A DNA stretch of 64,000 nucleotides from Vicugna vicugna (taxonomy: Eukaryota): assembly GCA_013265495.1 (NCBI GenBank), contig MU058384.1, forward strand, positions 185,622 through 249,621. Direction: 5' to 3'. Each line of letters starts with the position of its first letter. Position 1 is the stretch's first letter. Under the pieces are notes generated by a model. That model did not search any database, was not told where the DNA came from, and saw only the letters and a list, made by a program, of their open reading frames with translations. The translations under genes were made by a program, and so were the position numbers. Below are positions 40,180 to 52,201 of the stretch, piece by piece.

Positions 40180-41574
40180 TGAGCTTGGGTTTTAATTGAA
40201 ACCTATTAGAAAACCTCATTTAGCAACTTCTAAAAATTTGGGCTTTTTTATGTTATAATTCCAAAATGAATTGTGGGAAGCAAATATTTGGTTCATATGT
40301 GAACTTTGTAAGAATATTCTAACTATGCAATGTTTTTAAAGTATAAGCTGTAATCTCACCAAGCTTATAAATCAGGGATATTAGGAAGCAGTATAAACAG
40401 TTATCAGATATGGTATCGACTAATATCAGATTCTTCCCTCAGAATAGTTCAAGTGGCCTGTTCTTTAGGTGCCCGGCAGGAGTCAGAATATGAGACAGTG
40501 ACCTAGGACTGGAGAGCCACGACTAGGCTTCTACTTTCACCCTGCTGTTGTTCTCTCATGTCTGTCCTTGGGGATCTTTCCATGGACCCTTCACTGTTAT
40601 CTGTTGCGTTTAATTATTCATTTCCGTGTCCCTCAGTCTATGCAAAAGGAAATGAATAATAATTTTGTTTATTTTAAATTCTCAGCCCGAGAAGTGCCTA
40701 GCATGTAGTGGATATTTGATAAATACAGGTCAAACTGATGAGTAAACAGGTAGTTCTGACATACAAAGCTATCTGCGTTCTATATGTGGAACCAGAACTA
40801 AATCCCCAGTTTCCAATTTCTCTATCCTAAAGGTGGCTGTTGTTTATTTTGATGTTGTTGATGTTTTTGTTTTGTACTGAACACAAAACACTGCCTGGTG
40901 ATTTTGTTTCATTTTGTTTTGTGCAGACATGTTTAATGTATGTGTGCTCAATCCCTTTGGGGACGTATTATCTAGGTATTCAAGTATGGCCACTGCTGGT
41001 CACCATGTGCCTCTTTAACAGGAAGACAGTTAATTAGCTCATACAATAAGTATCTGTAGATCAGTTCACTTTGTCCATAGTATAAAATGTCCTCAAACTC
41101 CCAACTTCTTTTTATTAACTAATCCCCTCAAATTGTTACAGTTAATTCTGCCATTAATTATATAAAGGTTAACTTTAATTGGTATTCATTCTGCAGAAGT
41201 ATGTTATTCAGTTTGAGAAATGCAGTATATCCTATCATTTCTTTTTATTTAAGCAAAAATTTTGAAAAAAATAACTTAGGATCTCTATGTAATCTTCATT
41301 ATAACAATACAGTTGAATGTGTAGGTCAGTTGATTATAATAGGAAACTTCTGCTATTTACTGGTGGAAGAAATTATATTCATGATGGATTCAAATTACAA
41401 AATATTGTCTTCTGTAGAAAAACAATTATTGAATAATCTAAGTCTTCACTAGACTATAGGGTGTAAATATAAATACATATTTTTAAGCAAATTTTAATAA
41501 CTAGGTTTATATTATTTTAGAGTGGCACATATATGCTTAATTACAATGAGGCTCATTTAAATTTTTCTTCTTAT

Positions 41575-42250
41575 TTCTCTTTTTATGCAAAGCTTTTGCA
41601 AATGTATTATATATACACTAAAGATAAGGATATAGTTTGATGACTTGTAACACAGAGTACACCTGATGAATCAGCATCCAGTCAAGAAAGAAAATTACCC
41701 CTTAATCTCCATCATGCTCCTTTCCAGTTATTATTTCCCATCCTAACGGTAATCACTACCCTGACTTCTGACTTCATAGATTATTTTTGTCTGGTTTTAA
41801 ATTTTATATAATTGGAATCTTACAGTGTGTACTTTTAGGGGTCCATTTTCTTTCACTTGATATTTTATTTCTGGGATTCATCTGGGTGGTTGTGTGAAAT
41901 CGTAGTTGTAGTAGTTGTAAATTATTCATTCGCACTGCTGTATAGTGTTCTGTTGCATAAATATAATACAAATTATCTATTCATTTTATGTCAATAGTGA
42001 TTTTTCCAGCTTGGGAATATTAAAGATAGTGCTGTATGAACATGCTTATATGTCCTTTGTGAAGCATATACATGCTTATATACAGAAATACTGGATAAAA
42101 TATATACATTTCCATTTTTTGACATAGCCAAAAGAATTTAAAGTAGATACATGAGCACACAATTTTATTAGAGTTGCATAGGTATTAAAATTGATCTATG
42201 TCTTTGTCAACACTTGGTATTCTCTATCTTTTCAATTTTAACCATTCTGA
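41575..42250 (-). mobile_element. L1ME-type 3' end
   Basis: 'ggtaatcactaccctgacttctgacttcatagatt...ggaatcttacagtgtgtact...gtcaacacttggtatt...aattttaaccattctg'. Confidence 0.8.
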
Positions 42251-42345
42251 TTTTCCTTCTCTTTCCATAGAAATGGTAATCAAATCAAGAGATGTTTACA
42301 ACCATACAGGTAGTAGAAGCAGTTAGTTGATTGAAAATAATTTAT

Positions 42346-42935
42346 TTGTTTTATTTCAATTGGTTGGCCAGTTTTTTTTTAACCTAACATTCTTTAGGAT
42401 ATCACTGTAACTACAAAAAGAAGAGTATAATTATGGATATTCTTTATTTTAGAAATCAGAGAAGACCTAAATTAAAAAGGCAGTGTTTGACCTTATGGCC
42501 TTCATTATGTGAAAATCAAATTAAAGAGCAAATGAACAGTTCCCTTGCTATTAAAATAATCACAATTAAAAAAACCAAGTTGTAACACAAAGTCCAAAAA
42601 AATGTTCGTTATGCCCCTACCACTTCTGTTAACTTAGGCATTGTTTTATTTCAATTGGTTTGGCCAGTTTTTTTTTAACCTAACATTCTTTAGGATATCA
42701 CTGTAACTACAAAAAGAAGAGTATAATTATGGATATTCTTTATTTTAGAAATCAGAGAAGACCTAAATTAAAAAGGCAGTGTTTGACCTTATGGCCTTCA
42801 TTATGTGAAAATCAAATTAAAGAGCAAATGAACAGTTCCCTTGCTATTAAAATAATCACAATTAAAAAAACCAAGTTGTAACACAAAGTCCAAAAAAATG
42901 TTCGTTATGCCCCTACCACTTCTGTTAACTTAGGC
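42346..42935. repeat. Near-perfect direct tandem duplication, 2 x ~295 bp
   Basis: 42346-42639 and 42641-42935 are identical by eye except for T-run length differences at the start of copy 2. Confidence 0.97.
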
Positions 42936-45817
42936 CCCAAGAGTGAAATCAGTGTGAGGCATACTAAAGTATTTCCCAACCATGTAACAAAAAAATTTTT
43001 GCCAAGATTGTCTGGGAAAACTAGAAATCCACCTGAAAATTATATCCTGCAGAATGTGTCAAATATGAATATCTCATTTATAATAAATTAATGAAAACAG
43101 TTTTTCTTACATAAAATGTCTTATTATTTCTTTCATAAAATCACTAAAAACCATCCAGATTCTATAATTATAATTGAAACTACTCCCTTTACTTTCTAGT
43201 GTGATCAATAAATTTTATGTGATGTATTTTCAATTATTATTACATAGCCAAAAATGTGACATTTATAAAGCTATTCAGCATGCCAACACAGTTCTCTTCA
43301 GTTAAAACTGGCAAAAGATATTACAGTAGTCATGAGTGATCTAAATCACAAGATATTGTTTCTTTTATAAGCACAGGCATTTGATTAATAAAGTTTTGAT
43401 TATGGGAATATCAGGGCAGAAATTTTAATATACATGTTAAGAGAGCTTTTGGCAAGTTTTTATGGAAATAATTCCAAACCATTTCTCTCTAGTTGATTCA
43501 TTGTATATTATAGGAATATAAAGTCCAATATTTAAATAATTAAATTTCAAAAATCTCATGTTCCATGTTTTAATTAATATTTAGTCAGAATTTATTACAT
43601 TTGACTAACCATGCAAAGTACTGTCTGTGTGAGGAATAATCTTCACTGAGGAAATACTATTAATTTTAAAAAGGATCAGTACTGTACCTAAAACAATTGT
43701 CTTTTTATTTATTGTGTCAGTTTCTACTGCTCTGATAAACATTGTGAATCATTCCATCACTTTCTATAAATCATTTAAAATGTTTGGATTTGCCATTGCT
43801 TTTTATACACAGTTATTTTATATATTTTGAAAATTGGAAATTACAGTGAGGATTTATAGAAACACAGTGAATACTTAGAACACTGTCCTACAAAGCTATG
43901 AGGACAAGTCTTTTGGTTCTTGAGGGGTATTTTTTTGGCAAAGATTTTAGGGAAGTTGTAAATAACAGGAGGTATTTATTAGCCTTTGCAGATTCAATCA
44001 AAGAACAAAAGCTAAGTGCTGAGTGTGGGAAGCAGGGATCTTGCTTGGTCCTTTCAGCTGAATCTAAACCCATAAAATCACTGTCAATATCTCTGCCTTC
44101 CAAAGAGTAGATTTGTAATATAAAATATGTTTTTCAGAAAAGTGACTGATTTATTTGATAGCTTCAGAACAAACGAGGAGAATTTCAATAATTCTCTCAT
44201 GTTTCTCCCCCTGGTGTTTTCTCTGACAACATGTTCAACATCAGGAAGACCGAACTTCTCATTGCTCACCGAGTTCGCACTTGGTGGAAACTATGTGTAA
44301 TTAAAAGAACATAAGCTTTTTTTTAATGGAAAGAAAATGATCTTTTTCCCTAGAAATTTTTATAATACAAACGATTATCAGAATGAGTGTGTGTGCGTGT
44401 GTTTGTAAAAGGAAGGTGAAACAGCAGGAGGCAAAGAGCCTAAAGAAAACAATCTGTTCTCAAAGAAAAATGTTGAAGACTTGGGAATTATCAACCATTT
44501 TATCCAAACAGCAGAAGTACATCTATGTTTTTTACTATTTGTTGCCTTTCATGTATGTCTTCTTTACCATTTTTATAAATAAGATATTATAGTTTGAAAT
44601 GACTGTTGAAGGAACACATTATTGACCATTGAAATTTCAGGAATTTGGTTCTCCTATTTCAGTGAAGTGTGGTCACTCTAACAAATGTCTCCTCTGTAGG
44701 TTTCAGTGTTCCTTTGAGATTAGAAAAAGCTTTGGCAGACAAACATCAAATGAAATCTGATACCCAGGCAGTCAGAGTCCTGTCTGACCTTCATTTCCGC
44801 TGTCATGATAATTATTAAACAATTAGGCCATTGTTTTACAACAAAGCATTTTCTTAAAAATGCAAGTGTATTGCATCTCTGTATTGGTCAAACTTTGAAC
44901 TATTTATCAGTGACGTTTTGACTTTCATATTTTTGAGCAATTTTGGTCATAATCTGGTCAACCACAATTCTCTCTCTCTCTGGCTCTCTCTTCCTGTCCC
45001 TCTCCAATGGTACATTACTACTGTTAAAGATATCTGTCATAGAAGAAACAGAATCACCATATCAAAATTCTCAAAAGTTCTTCTAGATGGACTAAAAACA
45101 CAAGCTCAAGAGGTCAGTTCAGATAATTCAATGTTTTACTCTCTCATATGTCTTGTTATAAACTCTGAAACAGGGTATTTTCACTGGTTTTTATGTTCTG
45201 AGGTCTTAGAAACTAGAAATAACACAATGAAATGACATAGTACTATGGAGAACCAATTATATTAGAAAAATAGGAAAATTAATGTAAATTTAGATTGCAA
45301 CAGATATTAATATAGTATTGAAATAAGAATAAAATTTGCTATACTTCTCACTTGGAGTGACTCATTTCTAACTAAATTTTCATGATTCTAGTAATATGTT
45401 CACTCTACTTTATAGATTGGGGAAATTCAAGTATAAGATTCAGAACCACTAACTTAGATAAACAATTTGATTTGATATTAAAATACTGAGGATTAAAGAA
45501 ATGCAAATCCAAGAGATAGTTTTTGATATATTCTTTCATGCATGTGTACTTGTATTAGTGTATAAGTTTCATCCATCAACTTTTTTTTTCCTGCTTTTAA
45601 AATTTAAATTTAGAAATATGCAGATAAGCATTGCTTTAGAAGGATATATGTAATGAAGTCAAGGTTCACTCATTTATTTATTAAAAATAAGAAAGGTAGT
45701 ATTTAAAAAATTAAAGAAATTTCACTTAGAAAAAAGCAAGATTTTGTAGTGGATAGAGAAAGCCCTCTGAGATTAGAACACATAGAAATCTTTAAAACTC
45801 AGTTACTTTTTGGGTTC

Positions 45818-46626
45818 TAAGAACAATAGAAAAGATCAATGAAAGAAAGAGTTGATAAACCTTTAGCCAAACTCATCAAGAAAAAAAGTGAGAGGGCCCA
45901 AATAAAATCATAAATGGAAAAGAAGTTACAAATGACACCACACAAATACAAAGGATTGTAAGAGATTACTGTGAATAATGATTCACCAATAAAATGGACA
46001 AACTAGAAGAAATGGAACAATTCCCAGGAATAGGACCAGGCAACTTCAAAAGTGAATTCTACCAACCATTTAAAGGAGAGTTAACAACTGTCCTTCTCAA
46101 ACTATTCCAAAAAATTTGCAGAGGAAAGGACACTTCTGAGCTTACTGTACCAGGTCAGCATCCCCTTGATTTCAAAACTAGATAAAGATACCACACACAC
46201 AAAAAAGAAAACCAAATGCCAATATCATTGATGAAGATAGGTGCAAAAATCCACAACAAAAATTAGCAAACCAAATCCAGCAATGCATTAAGGGAATCAT
46301 ACATCATAACCAAGTGGAAGTTATCCCAGGGATGTAGGAACAGTTCAATATCTGCACGTCAAACAATGTGAGGCACTGTATCAGCCAATTAAAGAATAAA
46401 AATCATGTGATCCTCTCAGTAAATGCCAAAAAAGATTTTAATAAAAATTCAACATCCATTTATGATCAAAAACTCTCAACCAAGTGGGTACAGAGGGAAC
46501 ACACCTCACCATAATAAAGGCCGGATAGGACCAGCCCACTGCTAACTTCATACTCAGCGGTAAAAAGTTGAAATCCGAGTGTCCCCCTGAGGTCAGGAAC
46601 AGGACAAGTTTGCTCACTCTCACCAC
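45818..46626 (+). mobile_element. Internal L1 ORF2 fragment (pre-RT/RT), truncated at both ends
   Basis: ORF 45994..46185 MDKLEEMEQF..GPGNFKSEFYQPFKGELTTVLLKLFQKI is L1 ORF2; continues to 'tcaggaacaggacaag..tgctcactctcaccac'. Confidence 0.92.
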
Positions 46627-49529
46627 CTCAGCTGTTAGATACATACACCACTCTGGGCAATACCCAGGCAGACGATTAGAGGTTCTTCTGCAGGAGACGG
46701 TAAAATAGTCAGCCAATAGGCAGATTTACCGTTCAGGGTACTGTGGTAATAACAAAATGGTTAAGGGACTTTACCCATTGAATCGTGAGACGCTCAGATG
46801 TTTTAATCCACAGAGTCTCAGAAATTTGTCAATTTAGCTTAACATGTTACCACGTCTAATCAGGATAAGTCTTCTTTGGGAAACCTAAACACACCAAGAG
46901 CTAAAACCTGTAGACAGTGAAGTCAGGGAATCCCCAGTGAAACGGCTTATCCAGATCGTACTCCCGTGATATTCACATATTCACATTTAAAAATTCCCAT
47001 TTATGCACAGAGCTTCTCATAACTTTTGTTTAGACTTTTTATGGATATTGTTAAATTAAAACATACATAGCTATACATAGGCAGGGAATATTATACTTAA
47101 TGGAAAGTAGGTAAACAATAATTACTCTTTTAGAAAATGTTTAAACATCATTTGCTTATAATATTTATTTTTATTAATATCCTGGTATTAGTATGCCTAA
47201 AGAAAATGAAGGAGGAAAAATAGGGAAAGACAGAGAACAGGGAAAATAAAACAATAGCAACCTTTTTCAGACAGCATGATAGAAATATCTTACTATTTGC
47301 GCATGGCAAGAGTAGATGTTAAAATCATCTTAGGTTTTGCTTGAGTCAGTATCTTTTAAAAGCCACACACCTGATAAAATGTGACATCTCATAGTCAGGA
47401 TTATACAGAGTGAAAGTTTTTTCAAAGCAGTAATTTACAACTTTTGGATAAACTTTTTTTTTTCCAAATATAGGTTTAGGTATGTTTTAAATACATGAAA
47501 TGCTGTGGTGGAAATAAAAAGTTCTAATAAAAGAAGAAGGAAACACATTTGATAACTCTTTCCATTACCATTAAACTTGTGATATAAAACATTTTTTCTA
47601 ACTAGTAAAAGAGTTTAACATAAACAACATTTAGGTAATTTACCAAGACATTAATTTTTAAAATGATTATGATTTTTATTTTAAAAATAACCTCATTTTT
47701 AAATTTTCTTTTAAATCTATTTATCAGAACTGAGAGATGACTTGTAAGGAATCGTGCTTATGAGACCAGAGAATATATGATTTATACTAGAAAATTGTAG
47801 AAATAGGTTTTCTTCTGTCTGAACAACCTTCTAGGCACATTAGGATATAATAATCATAAAAAAATACAATGATTATGGATGACAACTTTCATCTGAACTT
47901 GTTCTTACCATGACCATGTAACTTTCTAATTTTGATGAATTGTATGTTAAGCTTGAGTGAACAGTTTCAATTTCAGTATACTGAGAAGCAGCATGGATTG
48001 CTACATAAATGTAACCCTGGGTAAATAACTTACTGATTATTACTTCCCAACTTCTCTGACATGAAAGTTGTTACTGTAAAGGACAGCCTAAATTGGTCAT
48101 TTGTTTTTGTTTTTGTTTTAGTAGTAAGAAATACACCTCGGATACCTACTACACCTAGGGGCTATAAAATGGAAACCAATACTTATTTAATACAAAAGGC
48201 TTTATAAAATTCTTCTTGCACATCTCTTCTAGTTAGCTACTTTCTGAAAAGACTTTTTTCCCTTCAATGGTCCTGGCCTCTTAAGAAGAAAATTTTGGTA
48301 TTATTGATATTATTTAGAAAAGAGGGCACTTTGGGTGTTTAGATATCAGAGTGGAGTTAAGACCCAAAGAAATCTTGTAGGGTGATTTCACAACAACAAA
48401 ATTGGACATAAATATACAATAAATTATAGCAGAGTTATAGAAGAAAGGAGAAATGAAAGGTTTAAAAACAATCTTCATTAATTTCTATACAATAAGCAAT
48501 TTAAAGGGACGACTAAACTATAAGAAAATAAAAAGGGAGAGAAAGTTACCTGTTCATGGAACAGCCAACACCAATTCTTAGTATATAGATAACATGTTCT
48601 TCACTGTCTCCTTTTTTTTTGCCATTTGCTTTCTAGGGATTCTATACATAGCTATGATCAATGGCACCAAAGAGCAGAAGGTGAGCCTTACTGTGTGAAT
48701 AAAAATGTTTCTTTTGGTTACGAGTATAGAAAAGAGTAAGATGTCAGTTCCCTCTGAGATGAGGAAGAATGCCAGTTGAATAATTTCATGGATTCCTTTT
48801 GTGTCCAAAAGGTTTCATATCATACTTTTTTGTGTCACTTGAGGGAAACTGAGACAGATTAAACTTTGTTGAAATCTCTTTTTGAATAGCTGTGTTAACT
48901 GTATGTTTGAAACTCCAGATTGGACCGTGATCTACATATATAACTGTAGACTTTTTAAGGCAAGAAAAATTCCTTCACTTATTTCAAAAGATCCCATTAT
49001 AACCCCTATAAAAACAGTTCAAGCCCTGAAGCATGAAATTTGATTGCCAACTCATCTACTTTCATTGCTCCCTACACAGTATCATGATAATGTACCCTTG
49101 AATTTTAGTGAGAGATTTATTTCCACTACAGATTAAAAACCAGCCATTCCCTTCAGAAACACATTTGCCACTATCTTTTTAGATTAGAGAGAACTTTGTT
49201 ACTAGAATTTAATGTTGCTGCATCTGGGTACAAGTTTGTTTATGCATTTGGAAACCAGGAATGCCACAATGATACTTTCTGGAAATTTGTAAAACTCCAC
49301 AGAATACAGAGCTATTTGTAGAACTGCACAGCATCCAAAAGACACATATGCGTATCATATTTGTGCAACAAATACTGATCTTTTGTATTATGTCCACATT
49401 GATAATTCTACTGTGGCCCTAGTGGTGGAAATCTAAGCCTGCAGATGCAAATTCAAATGTATATGATTTAAACTGGGACTAGCTTGCCTACCTGCTACCT
49501 TTTTTGTAAGTATAAGAATAGAAGCCATT

Positions 49530-49700
49530 AGAGGGGAAGGTAGAGTTCAAGTGGTAGATAGAGCACATGCTCAGGATGCACAGGATCCTGGGTTCAATCC
49601 CCAGTACCTCCTCCAAATATAAATAAATAAACCCAGTTACCTCCCCCTCATAAAACAACAACAAAACCAAAACCAAAACCAAAACCAAACAACAAATTAG
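49530..49700 (+). mobile_element. tRNA-Ala-derived SINE, camelid Vic-1-like
   Basis: 'gaggggaaggtagagttcaagtggtaga...ggatcctgggttcaatccccagtacctcc', (AAAACC)n tail; exact 14 bp TSD gaatagaagccatt at 49516-49529 and 49701-49714. Confidence 0.9.
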
Positions 49701-50295
49701 GAATAGAAGCCATTGTTAGTGGTGCACACACTCAATCAGCCACCCTGAATTTCTAACAAAAGAGACTCGTATTTATCCACAGGAAGAGATGGGAAGTTTT
49801 GAAGACTCCGTATTTCTCTATTACTGATAATTAGTGAATGATTTGGCAGAAATTTAAAAGACAAACATAAATCTTGAATTATTAGAGTGACTTTGTGTTG
49901 ACTTGGTTGCACACCAAAGTGTTTATGAAAGTAAATTGTGATATTAAATTAATATAGCATATTAATAGTGTATCTGCAGACAAGAAAAATAGAATTAAAG
50001 GAAATGTTGAACTTGGTATTCTGACTGCACACCCCTAACTGGATACAGAACTGCAAAGAAAACGCGACCTTTACTCAGTAAGTCTGCTATTGATTGTATT
50101 ACATGTAAAATAGTTCCAAAGTTTTCTTTTTGTATTTATTGTAAGATTTAAGGAAATGAGTAAATATACTGATGCTCTTCAGAAACAGTGTTTTCACTGT
50201 GGGAGAAAGACAAATACATATATTAAAAAATGGTGGTGGGGGGAAGCACTGTGCTGTTAGATTAGAATTTGAACTATCTGTTCCAGTTCTACCTT

Positions 50296-51592
50296 ATAAA
50301 ATTCAATACCTATTCATGATAAAAAAGCTCTTAGAAAACCTAACACAGAAGGGAATGTCCTTAACTTGAAAAATGGCATCCAGGAAACACAGCAAATTCA
50401 TTCTTTTTTGTTTTTCTTTTGGTATATATGTATTTTATTGAGTATAGTCAGTTTACAATTTTGTATCAATTGCTGGTGTACAGCACAATGCTTCAGTCAT
50501 ACATAAACATACGTATATTCATTTCCCTATTCTTTTTCACCATAAGTTACTACAAGATACTGAATGTAATTCCCTGTGCTATACAGTATGAACTTGTTTA
50601 TCTGTTTTATATATATTAGTATCTGCAAATCTCAAACTCAAAATTTATCCCTTCCCACCCCCTTTCCCCTGGTAACCATAAGTTTTTTTTTCTATGTCTG
50701 TGAATCTGTTTCTGTTTTGTAAATAAGTTTGTTTACCTTTTTTTTTTTAAGATTCCACATATAAGTGATATCATATGGTATTTTTCTTTTTCTTTCTGGC
50801 TTACTTCACTTAGAATGACAATCTCCAGGTCCATCCATGTCGTTACAAATGACATTATTTTATTATTTTTATGGCTGAGTAGTATTCTGTCGTATGAATA
50901 TACCACAACTTCTTTATCCAGTCATCATCGATGGACATTTAGGTTGTTTCCATGTCTTGGCTATTTACAAATAGTGCTGCTGTGAACATTGGGGTGCATG
51001 TATCTTTTTGAATTAACATTCCCTCTGGATGTATACCCAGGAGTGTGATTGTTGGATCATATAGTAAGTCTATTTTTAGTCTTTTGAGGAATCTCCCTAC
51101 TGTTTTCCATAAAAGCTGCACCAAACTACATTCCCACCAGCAGTGTAGGAGGGTTCCCTTTTCTCCACACCCTCTCCAGCATTTATCATTTGTGGACTTT
51201 TGAATGATGGCAATTCTGACTAGTGTGCGCTGATACCTTATGGCAGTTTTGATTTGTATTTCTCTGATATTAGCAGTGTTGAACATTTTTTCATGTGCCT
51301 ATTGGCCATTTGTATATCTATTTTGGAGAACTGCTTGTTTAGGTCTTCTGCCCATTTTTGGATGGGGTTTTTTTTGATATTAAGTTTTTTGAATTGTTTC
51401 TATATTCTGGAAATTAAGTCCTTGTCAGTCTCATCTTTTGCAAATATTTTCTCCCATTCTGTAGGTTGTCTTTTTTGGGGACCTAATTAAACTTATAAGC
51501 TTTCCACAGCAAAGGAAGCCATAAGCAAATTCATAATTAATTGTTAAAGACTGAATGTTTCTCAGGAACATCAGGAACAAGGCAGAGGAAGG
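50296..51592 (+). mobile_element. Old L1 ORF2 fragment (50296-50401 plus 51524-51592) hosting a younger L1
   Basis: 'ataaaattcaatacctattcatgataaaaa...cacagcaaattcat|aattaattgttaaagactgaatg...atcaggaacaaggca' reads as continuous ORF2 once the insertion is removed. Confidence 0.8.
50402..51523 (-). mobile_element. Young 5'-truncated L1 with short 5' inversion
   Basis: ORF 50939..51286 [12 protein letters not shown]...[19 protein letters not shown] (ORF2 C-terminal Cys-rich domain); TSD agcaaattcat at 50391-50401 and 51524-51534. Confidence 0.95.
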
Positions 51593-51679
51593 GTCTTCAT
51601 TAGCTCTAGGAGAGAAAGACATCTTTTTTTCTGAATTAGATTCACAACATATTCAGAGACTGAATACATTGATTGATAT

Positions 51680-52201
51680 TGTTACCAAGTCCAAACTCCT
51701 TCTACTTGCCATACGACAGGCCAGTAAATTGGGAGACAAGGTGTTGGGGCAAGGAATAAAGACTTTATTTGGAAAGTCAGCAGACTGAGAAGATGGGGAA
51801 CCAATATCCTAGAGAACCATCTTACCCAAGTCAGACTTTAGGCTCCTTTTATAGAAAAGGGGAGGGGGTGTAGTTAGTTGTTGCAGACTTCTTGGTATCC
51901 AAATCCTTTGTTCTTGCAGCTGTCCTCATAGGTTAGGTCAAGATGTTTCTGTAAACGTCCAACAAGACAAATGTTATTCTCTGTTTTGCAACTTTTTTTT
52001 TTATTTCTATATGAATGGAAACGTGTTATACCCTTAAAGGTCAGAACCTTGAGAATGGGCTATCCTGTATATTTCTGGCTATAGACAATGATCTTTTACA
52101 AAGGTGCAGAACCAGCATGACTAAGCACAGAAAACAGAGCTCAGGGTTAGCGCTAAAGGAGCAGATTTAATACGGAGTCAGATTTGTTCTTCCCTATTAC
52201 A
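51680..52201 (-). mobile_element. ERV1 solo LTR, MER41-like artiodactyl family
   Basis: Minus strand starts tgtaatagggaagaacaaatctgactcc, ends ttggacttggtaaca; TATA (tataaaagg) ~51845-51853 and AATAAA ~51764-51769 on minus; 4 bp TSD atat/atgt. Confidence 0.88.

Noticed and set aside
42346..42935. CRISPR-like or satellite array
   Set aside because: Only two long units with no spacers, in mammalian DNA.
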